Source: an uncultured Gemmatimonadales bacterium
GTDB lineage: Bacteria; Gemmatimonadota; Gemmatimonadetes; Gemmatimonadales; GWC2-71-9
Assembly (NCBI GenBank): GCA_963821525.1
Contig: CAWGED010000010.1
Location: 32,001 to 96,000 of the forward strand
Length of the DNA stretch: 64,000 nucleotides
Reading direction: 5' to 3'
The notes beneath the pieces are model-generated. The model made no database searches. It saw only the letters and a program-made list of their open reading frames with translations, and had not been told where the DNA came from. A program made the translations under genes and the position numbers. This document shows, one piece after another, positions 1-9,158 of the stretch (positions are counted from its first letter, which is position 1; the number at the start of each line of letters is the position of its first letter).

Positions 1-42
1 CTGCAGCGCCATAGAATCCACCGGGACTGCCTCGCCGCTGCC

Positions 43-167
43 GTTTACCAACGCCTGAAGCTGGCGGGCCTCGGTAGGCGGATGGTGCCCCGTTGAGACA
101 GCCGGGCGTTACCAAGGACAACTGACGAGTCGTGCCTCGGCCCGCAGCTTAGGCCTGACCGTTAGGC
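43..167 (+). mobile_element. Integron attC-like recombination site (R'' degenerate)
   Basis: GTTTACC-AACGC-CTGAAGCTGGCGGGCC ... GGCCCGCAGCTTAG-GCCTGACC-GTTAGGC. The arms are complementary except for two extra bases, and the site ends in a GTTRRRY core (161-167). R'' reads GTTTACC rather than RYYYAAC. Confidence 0.8.
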
Positions 168-225
168 GGCGCGTCAACCGGGAGTTATTCGCGAGATCAC
201 AGTCGATTGAGTCACCCGAGGAGGG

Positions 226-753
226 ATGATGCCGCGATCCATGCTTGGACGTATGACGGTGTGCCTCGTCGCCCTGACCGGCGTGGTCGGGCCCGCCAAT
301 GCACAGAAGCGCGACAGCACATTGGTGCGGCCCACCACGGTGACAGTGAGGATCACGAACGATCCCGATCCATGGAACGGGACCTTTAGCGCCTCGGGCG
401 TATCAACCAAGTGCGGCTTGGCCGATTATGGATATCCGCACCGCCAGAATTCCTTCGCCGTCATGTTTCCGGATGATACTGCCACGGGCACCGTTACCTC
501 GGTGAACTTTGACGCCGATACCCTCAAGAGCGGCACGACGGTCCACAGCTTCTACCTCGCGGTCGGGACCCGGATCGGACAGCGTGGGGCGCCACCGCTA
601 TACGTCGTTCGGGCCAACCAGCCGCAGTACGGTGAGCCCGGTACGGCGACCCTCACCAAGACAGCGAACGGCTCCGACTCGCTGACGGTCAAAGGCGTTG
701 CCAGCAAGGGCAGGAAGACCGACGTGGAAATGATCCTCGTCTGCCAACCATAG
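226..753 (+). CDS. Secreted hypothetical protein (cassette-like)
   Basis: Signal peptide ending in ANA, GGAGG RBS upstream, lies between two GTTAGGC cores. Confidence 0.75.
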   Translation: MMPRSMLGRMTVCLVALTGVVGPANAQKRDSTLVRPTTVTVRITNDPDPWNGTFSASGVSTKCGLADYGYPHRQNSFAVMFPDDTATGTVTSVNFDADTLKSGTTVHSFYLAVGTRIGQRGAPPLYVVRANQPQYGEPGTATLTKTANGSDSLTVKGVASKGRKTDVEMILVCQP

Positions 754-785
754 ATGGTCCGCGGCAATCCAGCGGGTTCGGCACG

Positions 786-812
786 CCCCGCAGGTGAGCG
801 CGGGCGTTAGGC
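786..812 (+). mobile_element. Right half (L'/R') of an attC-like site
   Basis: CCCCGCAGGTGAGCGCGGGC-GTTAGGC parallels CCCGCAGCTTAGGCCTGACC-GTTAGGC at 141-167. No matching left arm is present. Confidence 0.6.
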
Positions 813-851
813 TGCTCGGAGATCGAGTCGCAGCATAGGGAGGCAGTAGAA

Positions 852-1664
852 GTGTCCCAGCAACACTTTGGTCAAGCCTTTGGTGGAAGTCCACCAGAGA
901 ATTACCAGCGATATTTTGTTCCCGCTATCGGCACGCCCCTGGCGAATGACCTCATTAGAATCGCTGCGCTTCGTCCAGGTGAGCGGGTCTTGGATGTTGC
1001 CTGTGGCACCGGTGTCGTGGCGCGGCTCGCTTCACAGCCGGTCGGCGCCGCTGGGACTGTCGCTGGGTTGGACGTCAATCCCGGCATGCTGGCAGTTGCG
1101 CGCTCGACAACGCCGCCCGGGGTAGCAATCGACTGGCACCAGGCGAGTGCTGAGGCAATGCCACTCCCGGATGCGTCGTTCGACGCCGTCCTGTGTCAGA
1201 TGGGGCTTCAATTCGTGTCCGACAAACACGCTGCACTGAGCGAGATGCGGCGTGTCCTGGCGCCCGGCGGCCGGCTGATCCTCAATGTGCCTGGACCCAC
1301 GCCGCAACTGTTCGTTATCATGGCGCAGGCGCTCGCGAGTCACGTCGGCGCCGAGGCCGCCGGGTTCGTGAACCACGTGTTCTCGCTCCACGACTCGGCA
1401 GAGCTTCAGAACCTGATTAACGACGCCGCCTTCCGTTGATGTCTCGGTTCAAGCCGACACCAAGTCGCTACGCCTGCCGGCACCGGAGGAGTTTCTCTGG
1501 CAGTATGTGCATAGTACTCCCCTTGCGGGTGCCGTGGCGAAGCTGAATGACGAACGTCGCGCCTCACTGGAGCGCGAGGTCGTGGCGAAGGTGGCAGGAG
1601 TTCGTGAGGGATGGTGCCTTGATACTTCAGCGTGCGCATGGTAGTAGCGACTGCCCGGAAGTAG
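852..1664 (+). pseudogene. Class I SAM-dependent methyltransferase (UbiE-like), frameshifted
   Basis: VLDVACGTG motif. Reading continues past 1439 as DVSVQAD...ATARK* if about three single-base insertions (~1437, ~1590, ~1631) are removed. Confidence 0.8.
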
Positions 1665-1754
1665 AGGTCGGGCGGCCCACGTCATTCTTCCAGTACACGC
1701 TGCATCCGAGGAACAGCGTGACTGGCGCACCTCCACCACAACCCCGGCCGGTCG

Positions 1755-2715
1755 ATGCTGAACTACATCTGGGCAGGCCTGATCATCTCGAGCTTCCTGT
1801 TCGCCATCGGCTACGATATCCGCGACATCAGCGGGGACAAGTACCGGAACGGCCAGCCGCTCCCCGTGGAGCTCGCCTTCCCCGAAGGCTACGACTCGGC
1901 CGCCCGGCGTGTGCCGGTGGAGATCCGGATCGCGCCGGATCAATACGCGAGCTTCTACCGGACCGATCAAGCTCCGGCGCCGAGCTACCCTGGCTACCTG
2001 TTGCAGACGAAGGAGGGAGCCCAGCTCCGCTTCGCAGCCGGGTCCAAGCTTCCCGAGCCGCTCGCCACGATCGGGAAAGTCTCGAGTTCACGCGACGAGG
2101 AGCTGCAGGGCCTGCTGACGGGATTCACTCCCCCCGGAGGGACCGCCGGCGTCGTGTTCGAGCCGGTCCGCTTCGTGAAATTGAACGCCATCGCTTCCGC
2201 GGCACTCGACTTCGCGAAGACGGGGGCGGAGATCGCGCTCGGCCTGATCGGAGTGCTGTCCCTGTTCCTCGGACTGCTCAAGATCGCCGAGGACTCGGGC
2301 ATCGTCTTCGCCCTGGTGAAGCTGGTGCGGCCGATTCTGCGACCCTTGTTTCCCGAAGTCCCCGCCGACCATCCCGCGCTGGGGATGATCGCGCTCAACC
2401 TCACCGCCACCCTGTTCGGGCTGGGCAACGCCGCCACACCGTTCGGCATCAAGGCCATGGAGGAGTTGCAGAAGCTCAACCCCTCCGAGGACACCGCCAC
2501 CAACTCGATGGTCATGCTCATGGCCATCAACACGGCCGGCATCCAGCTCGTCCCGCCGGTCCTGCTGCTGGCGCTCATGGGCACCCAGGTCAACACGCTC
2601 ATCTTCCCGATCCTGATCACCTCGGTGCTGGGGATGATCGTCGCCATCGTGGCCGCGAGGTTGCTCGGCAGGCTGCCGGGGTTACCGCGCGTCCGACCCC
2701 AACCGGAAGGCCTGA
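1755..2715 (+). CDS. spmA: Nucleoside-recognition (Gate) domain protein, SpmA-like; 1-bp insertion near 2681
   Basis: RPLFPEVPADHPA and LGNAATPFGIKAMEELQKLNP motifs. The true end is probably GYRASDPNRKA*. Confidence 0.8.
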
Positions 2716-2722
2716 GCGCAGC

Positions 2723-3268
2723 ATGGAAACCGCGCGCAACGCCATCAGCCTGCTTTCGTACTTCGTCCTTCCGCTCATCCTGGTCGGCTTTCCGCTCTAT
2801 GGTCTCTTCAAGCGGGTGCCGGTCTACGAGAGCTTCGTCGAGGGGGCCAAGGAGGGATTCCAGGTCGCGGTCCGCATCATCCCGTACCTGGTCGCGATCC
2901 TCTTCGCCATCGCGATGTTCCGGGCCAGCGGCGCCATGGAAGCCCTGACCCGGGCGCTCGATCCGGTACTGGGTCTGATCGGCTTCCCCGCCGAGCTGCT
3001 GCCGATGGCCATCATCCGCTCGCTCTCGGGCTCCGGCTCGGCGGCGCTGGTGGTGGACATGATCAATCAGTACGGGGAGGACTCGATCTTCGTGAAGATG
3101 GCCTCCGTCATGTACGGGTCCAGCGAGACCACCTTCTACGTGATCGCGGTGTACTTCGGAGCGGTGGGTATCAGGAAGACCCGCCACGCGGTGCCGGCGG
3201 GCCTCATCGCGGACGCGGCCGCGATGCTCATCGCGGTGTGGACGGTACGGCTGCTGTTCCACGGATGA
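2723..3268 (+). CDS. spmB: SpmB-like membrane protein
   Basis: VYESFVEGAKEG, SSETTFYVIAVYFGAVGIRKTRHA; follows spmA. Confidence 0.9.
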   Translation: METARNAISLLSYFVLPLILVGFPLYGLFKRVPVYESFVEGAKEGFQVAVRIIPYLVAILFAIAMFRASGAMEALTRALDPVLGLIGFPAELLPMAIIRSLSGSGSAALVVDMINQYGEDSIFVKMASVMYGSSETTFYVIAVYFGAVGIRKTRHAVPAGLIADAAAMLIAVWTVRLLFHG

Positions 3269-3290
3269 TGGAACCGGAGGCGACACTGCC

Positions 3291-4448
3291 TTGCCCGACC
3301 TGGCTCCTATCGTCGCACCGGATGATTTTCCCGCGAGCAGGAAGAGTGTCTATCTCAACACTGCCTCTGTCTGCCTCATGTACAGCGGCGCGGAGCGGGC
3401 GGTGGTCGAATGGATGCACGATCTCGCGGAGAACGGGACGATCCATTTCGACGAGGCCGCTGAGGAGCAGGCGTTCGCGACACTGCACGCGTCGGCCGCG
3501 CGGCTGTTCAGCTGCCGCCCCGAGGAGATCGCCGTCGGCTCGAGCGCGACCGAGCTGCTCGCATCCCTCGCCTGGGCCGTCGCGCCGCCTGCCGGCAGCA
3601 ACATCGTCAGCACCGGCCTCGAGTTTCCCAGCACGATCTACCCGTGGGCACGCGTCGCGCGCCACACGGGAGCCGAAGTCAGACTCGCCGACGTCAAGGC
3701 CGATACTCATCGGGCCGAGGATCCGATCGGCCTGATCGATCGCCGGACCGCCGTCGTCTGCGTCTCCGATGTGATATACAGCACCGGCCAGCGACTCGAC
3801 GTGGCAGGGCTCGCAGAAGCCGCGCACCGGAACGGGGCCCTGCTCATTATCGACGCAACGCAGTCGGCCGGTGGGATTCCGATCGACGTCGGGGCGCTCG
3901 GGGTCGACGCGCTGATCACCGCATCCTACAAGTGGCTGTGCGGCCCCTTCGGCGTCGCCGTGATGTATCTCGCGCCCCATCTTCACGAACGCCTCGAGCC
4001 GGGGCTCGTCGGATTCCGGTCCCATGAGCGGATGTGGGATCTGCGCGCCGATCGACTGGAGCTCCCCCCGAACGCCCACCGTTTCGAGTTCAGCACCATG
4101 GCCTACGGGTGCGCGCCTGGTCTCGCCAGCTCGATCGATTACCTCCTGCGGCTGGACGTCGGGCGGATCTTCTCCAGGAACAAGACGCTCGCCGATCTCC
4201 TTATCGAGGGATTGCGCGAAAGGAACGCCGAAATCCTGTCGCCCACGGACGACGGCGCGCGCTCCTCGATCGTCGCTACCCGGTTCGCCGACATGGACGT
4301 GCGGATCCTGGCCGAACGTCTCAACCAAGCCGGGATCGTCGTCTCGGCGCGCAGGGGCGTTCTGAGATTCTCCCCGCATCTTTATAATGATGCGGATGAC
4401 ATCGAGCAGGCACTCACGGCGATTGATCGCTGGCTGACACCTGCCTGA
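3291..4448 (+). CDS. Aminotransferase class V / cysteine desulfurase-like PLP enzyme
   Basis: YLNTAS, DATQSAG, SYKWLCGP (PLP lysine), RFSPHLYN. Confidence 0.9.
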   Translation: MPDLAPIVAPDDFPASRKSVYLNTASVCLMYSGAERAVVEWMHDLAENGTIHFDEAAEEQAFATLHASAARLFSCRPEEIAVGSSATELLASLAWAVAPPAGSNIVSTGLEFPSTIYPWARVARHTGAEVRLADVKADTHRAEDPIGLIDRRTAVVCVSDVIYSTGQRLDVAGLAEAAHRNGALLIIDATQSAGGIPIDVGALGVDALITASYKWLCGPFGVAVMYLAPHLHERLEPGLVGFRSHERMWDLRADRLELPPNAHRFEFSTMAYGCAPGLASSIDYLLRLDVGRIFSRNKTLADLLIEGLRERNAEILSPTDDGARSSIVATRFADMDVRILAERLNQAGIVVSARRGVLRFSPHLYNDADDIEQALTAIDRWLTPA

Positions 4449-4505
4449 AGCTGACGACAGCGCTCCACCCGGTCTTTGGCGCTCACTTCACACCCACCAT
4501 TTCCT

Positions 4506-4961
4506 ATGGCCGAGAACAAGACCCAACGCACCAAAGCCAGCGTCGCTGACTTCCTCGCAGCGATCCCCGATCCCCACCGCCAACGGGACGCCAAGGCCCT
4601 GGCGGCCTTGATCCGAAAGGCCACCGGTGAGAGGCCCGCGATGTGGGGCTCCAGCATTGTCGGGTATGGGCAAATGACCTACGAAGGCAGCAAGGGACGA
4701 GCGGTCGATTGGTTTCCGGTCGGCTTTTCCCCGCGGAAGGCAGCCCTCGTCCTCTACCTCATGGGCGGCCTCAAGGCCAATGCGAACCTCCTCGCGGAAC
4801 TGGGACCGCACAAGGTCGGCGGCGGATGTCTCTATCTCCCTCGCTTCGAGGCAATCGACTCCAAAGTCTTGGCGCGCCTCATCACGCTGAGCCACAAAGG
4901 CAATCGCCAGGTGACCAAGCGAGTGCCCACCAGGCCGACCGCTCGGAAACGCGCTGTCTAA
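4506..4961 (+). CDS. DUF1801 (YdhG-like) protein
   Basis: MWGSSIVGYG, GFSPRK, GCLY motifs. Stop codon lies in GTCTAAC. Confidence 0.85.
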   Translation: MAENKTQRTKASVADFLAAIPDPHRQRDAKALAALIRKATGERPAMWGSSIVGYGQMTYEGSKGRAVDWFPVGFSPRKAALVLYLMGGLKANANLLAELGPHKVGGGCLYLPRFEAIDSKVLARLITLSHKGNRQVTKRVPTRPTARKRAV

Positions 4962-4988
4962 CCTAGACGCGTTGCGAAGGCGGAGTGT

Positions 4989-6908
4989 TCAGGCTGGATC
5001 TGTTGCGCGTCGTCCTGAGAGAAGCTTGGGCGTTGCGCTGCGGGGCAGCGTGACAGTGAATGTTGCCCCCCCGTTGAGATTCTCGCCGGTGATGGTCCCG
5101 CCATGAGCGTCGACGATCCTCTGTGCGATCGTCAGGCCTATCCCGAGGCCATGCGATTTCGTCGTGACGAATGGTGTGAACAGCGTGCCGATGACTTCCG
5201 CCGGCAAACCCGTTCCAGTGTCACCCACTGAGACCTCGACGTCGGCGGCCTTGACCGCGCTTCGTATCGTGATGTGACGCCTCGCCGGCGGCGTCTCCGC
5301 CATCGCGTCCATGGCGTTCCTTACCAGGTTGACGAGTACCTGCTCCAGGAGCACCAGATCGCCGTCGATGACGCAGGGAGTCGAGGACAGATCGAGGGTC
5401 GCCTCGATCTGCCGCGCCCTCATGTCGTGGGCGACGAGGGCGAGGCTCTCATCGATCACGGAGTGGAGGTCGATCGGCTTCCTGTCCAGTTGACGGCTGC
5501 GGAGCATCGTCCGATGGCGTTCGATGATCTGCGTGGCGAGGACGGCTTCCGCCTGGATATCGGCCAGGATCTCCCCTGTCGCGTCGGGCGCCGCGCGCTT
5601 GGCCGTGACCATCATCTGAAGCGCCTGGGCGTTGTGCTGCAATCGCACTGAGCGGTTGCCCGAGCTCATGCCCTATCGACGAAGTCAGCGCCGAGATCGT
5701 CTCGCGGCGATTGGCGTCGGCGGCGAGAGCCAGGTTCCGTCGGCTATCGATCTCGGCGCGCTGCCGTGCGCGGCGCTCGTACAGGAGCCGCGCGATCAGG
5801 AGCGATTGGAAAAACAGCGCGCCAATCGCGGTCAGAACTGTGAGCTTGTATTCACCCCACAGGCTCGGGGCCACGAAACTCGCACGACGCTTCCAGGCGG
5901 CAACCGACTCTCGGGGATGCCCCACCGCTGCAACTCGCGCCAATCGAACATCGGTTGACCCGCCAATTGTGGCGGTACTCTGAGGCTTGCAGGTGGCTCG
6001 CCATTCAGGATTCGACTGGCCACGTCGGCCGTGCTGCGAGCAAGGTCGTCAATGGACATCATCGACCCACCGACAATTCCATGTCCGAACAGTGGGCTTT
6101 GCGCTCCAAACATGGGGGCATTCGCCTTGGCGTGAAGGTCGGCGAGCACTTGCTCGTCCGCGTACGCCCCGCCCTGCGCGTCCGTGCCGAAGGTGAGATA
6201 GACGATCGCCGAGTGGGCTTGGAAGGCTCGCGACAGCGGCGCAGGATATCCGGAAGGGACAGCTCGTCGGACCAGACGAATGTCACGCGATCGCGAAATC
6301 GTGCGAACTCGGTCTCGAGCTCCTGGCGCCAGAACTGGCCGATGGGTCCGGACCCGATCACCATGAAGACCTGCCTGGTCTCGGGGAGTACCCGCAGGAT
6401 GTCATCGATCAGGCGAGGAAAATCGTTGGCGACCGCGACCGCACTCTCGTTCTCGCCAAGTGGCGCGTCCGCGGAGCCATCGCTGATCCACCGAAGCGAA
6501 AAGGAGCGGCGTCTCGGGGAAAAGCTGCCGCCGATGCTTGCGCGCGAATACAGCCGCGGGGCCGCCGACAGTCACGATGAGGTCCGGGGGCGGACGATCG
6601 GCGTACATGGATCGGATGTAGTCGACGACGGCTTGTTCGGGCGCGCCGACAAACCCTGTCGGGCCCACGACGACCTGAACGACGTTCACGGGTTTCCCGG
6701 CGCGCTGGTCCAGGCTTACGCGGAAGTCGCCGGTGAAGTGATCGAGAATCAGGTTCCCGCGGTCGAGCGATTGCAGCACCAGGACCTGTTTGACCGGGGA
6801 CTGAGCTTCGCTCGTCGCCGCACCGATCATCAGCAAGGCTCCCAGCAACGCAGCCTGCAATCCGCGATAAACGCCGCGAGCCGGAGGCGTTCTGCCGCCC
6901 TGGCCCAT
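4989..6908 (-). pseudogene. Sensor histidine kinase with periplasmic substrate-binding-like domain, split by several frameshifts
   Basis: Fragments in different frames: signal/sensor (6402-7058, 6059-6364, 5832-6149), TM plus IGHELGQPL H-box (5449-5943), and N/G1/F/G2 boxes NLVRNA, DTGTG, TTKSHGLGIGL (4989-5669). Confidence 0.85.
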
Positions 6909-7163
6909 GGCGTCGGTGTCGCATCTGGTTGGAGAACGTATCGCCTTGGTCGAACTTGGCAAGCAACAGCTTCGCCTCATGCAGGAACCCCGGTTGGCTC
7001 GACTCCAGCCGAACATGCAGCCCTTCACCGCCGAGGCACGGGTGTGTTGGTGTGGCAACGTGAGTTTTCCTTAATGATGCAGCTTGTGTGTTCCATCAGC
7101 GGCGTGTTCGTCTCAATCCATGATCGTGCTGAACGGCGCAGGCTTCGAGCAGGACCCATCACC

Positions 7164-7877
7164 ATGATCATGCTTTCGCTCTTGCTGCTGTCGTCTCCTT
7201 CCGCCTGCTATCCAGATACCAATCCGGCGGCGGCCACTTTGTCCGGGGTTGATGTGGACAGTGTGTCGCAGGTAGCGGTTCTGACTCCCGAACTGGCGAT
7301 GGGGTGGGAGTCCGAGGAAGCCCCGCCTGACACGTTCTCAGCGTCCCCGATCCGATCGCTGGCCTTTGTGCTAGCGCCGCCGCTGGATCCTGATTCAGGC
7401 GCGGACACCACTCGTGCCCGCCCCAAGGCCATCGAGTACAGCAGCTTCTATTACACCCGGCTTACGATTCACAAATATGCGAGCTACGCCACCATCCCGC
7501 TCTTCGTAGCGGAAGGGATCGTGGGACAGAAACTCTACAACTCGACTGGCGAGAGCAGTCTCCGTGGCACGCACAGTGCGCTGGCCGCGGGCATCGGCGT
7601 GCTGTTCGGAGTCAACACGGTGACGGGGGTGTGGAACCTGTGGGAGGGCCGCAAGAATCCGGCAGGGCGCACCCGGCGGATGATCCACTCGGTCCTGATG
7701 CTCGTCTCCGATGCCGGCTTCGTCGCCACGGCGTCTTCCGCGCCACATCGGGAGAGCGAGGGGGGCGGCCCGGTCACCAACGAGGGCGGTTCGGCGAGTA
7801 CCCACCGCACCCTTGCCATCACCTCCGGGAGCGTCGCCCTTGCGGGCTATCTGATGATGCTGTTCTGGAAGGACTGA
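7164..7877 (+). CDS. Membrane protein with four His-bearing helices (possible cytochrome b-like)
   Basis: C-terminal part of ORF 5955-7877, AGGA RBS before 7164; hydrophobic segments start with IHK, THS, IHS and THR. Confidence 0.6.
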   Translation: MIMLSLLLLSSPSACYPDTNPAAATLSGVDVDSVSQVAVLTPELAMGWESEEAPPDTFSASPIRSLAFVLAPPLDPDSGADTTRARPKAIEYSSFYYTRLTIHKYASYATIPLFVAEGIVGQKLYNSTGESSLRGTHSALAAGIGVLFGVNTVTGVWNLWEGRKNPAGRTRRMIHSVLMLVSDAGFVATASSAPHRESEGGGPVTNEGGSASTHRTLAITSGSVALAGYLMMLFWKD

Positions 7878-7878
7878 G

Positions 7879-8396
7879 ATGTTTCATCTGCTGCAGCAGG
7901 CCGAGGTGCTGGCCAAGCCCTGGTCGGACCTCTACTCCCGCAACATACCGCTTCAGACGGCCGTCACTTTTGTCCATTTCGCTGGGATCCTGGTGGCCGG
8001 CGGATTTGCCCTCGCGACCGACCGAATGACCCTCCGAATGAGCGGCGCCGATGCGCCCTCGCGCCGACTGCACTTGGCCGAGCTTCGGGCGGTTCACCGT
8101 CCCGTACTCGCAGGCCTGATCCTGACGGTATGAGCGGAACCCTGATGTTCGCCGCCGACCTCGAGACTTTCGCGACATCGCTCGTGTTCTGGGTCAAGCT
8201 GGGCCTGATCGGGATCCTGCTCGTCAACGGCTACCTGATGACCCGGGCCGAGCGGTCGCTCCGCGGCGACGCGGAGGCCGGGGCGGGCGGATGGCGCCGG
8301 CTTCGCCGGACCTCAATCGCGAGCCTTGCCCTCTGGTTCATCGTCCTGCTGCTCGGCACGGTGTTGCCGAATGTCGGCTCCGGCCCAGCCTCATGA
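7879..8396 (+). pseudogene. Four-TM membrane protein (DUF6644-like), frameshift near 8130
   Basis: ORFs 7879-8133 and 8130-8396 join: FVHFAGILV ... SG-LMF ... FWVKLGLI ... SLALW. Confidence 0.65.
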
Positions 8397-8920
8397 GCGA
8401 GCCTCGATTGCCGCCGGGATCGCGCGCGGGTTGCGCCGGCGATTGTGATGCAAGCCGCCGGGAGTTTCTTCGAGAGTCGGCATTGGTCGTGGCGGGTGCC
8501 CTGCTTGGGCTCGGAGCGAGCCACCGCGAGGCCATGGCCCTCCCCGTGAGCCTGGTGCGCGGCGTCCGGGGTGGCCCGGACCATCTTACCTATCCAATCC
8601 CCGCTGAGGACGGATCCCAGATCGATCATGATAACGGCGTGATCCTGGTCCGATGGCAGGGGCACCTCTACGCCTTCAACCTCGCGTGCCCCCACCAGAA
8701 CACCGCACTCAAGTGGCTGTCGGACGAGAGCCGATTCCAGTGCCCGAAGCACAAGTCGCGCTATCAGCCCGATGGCACCTTCATCTCGGGCCGTGCCACC
8801 CGCGGCATGGATCGCTTCGCGATTACCCAGGAAGGTAGCAACATCCTGGTCGACCTGAACCACCTGTTCAATCAGGAGAAGGACCGAGCAGGCTGGGATG
8901 CCGCTACGCTGCCGGTCTGA
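8393..8920 (+). CDS. Tat-exported Rieske 2Fe-2S protein
   Basis: SRREFL twin-arginine motif; CPH ... FQCPKH ligands. Confidence 0.9.
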   Translation: MSEPRLPPGSRAGCAGDCDASRREFLRESALVVAGALLGLGASHREAMALPVSLVRGVRGGPDHLTYPIPAEDGSQIDHDNGVILVRWQGHLYAFNLACPHQNTALKWLSDESRFQCPKHKSRYQPDGTFISGRATRGMDRFAITQEGSNILVDLNHLFNQEKDRAGWDAATLPV

Positions 8921-9158
8921 GACCGGCATCTCCTCCCTCTTCCCGCCCTTGTTATATCGGCGCCCCGGCAGGGTCCGGACTCGCAGGCCTGAGTGTCCGC
9001 CAGTTCCGAGAGCTTGGCCGCCACCACGCGATCCCGACGCCGGCACGCGATCATCCTGATGGGCGCTGGAGATGTCGATCCGGGCCCCGCTCGTTCGACT
9101 TACTAGTATGAAGCTGTTTTCGAGTCGCCTGGCGGCGGGTTCCGTCCTAACTTTCGGC

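Noticed and set aside
1437..1439. Readthrough TGA in the methyltransferase (also TGA at 8131)
   Set aside because: The protein continues in a different frame, so these are indels rather than recoding, and no SECIS-like hairpin was seen.
1547..2722. Long N-terminal extension of SpmB in the 573-aa ORF
   Set aside because: Arg/Pro-rich off-frame reading of spmA, joined by an indel.
5955..7163. N-terminal ~400 aa of the 640-aa + strand ORF
   Set aside because: Antisense shadow of the minus-strand histidine kinase; only the part from 7164 looks like a real protein.
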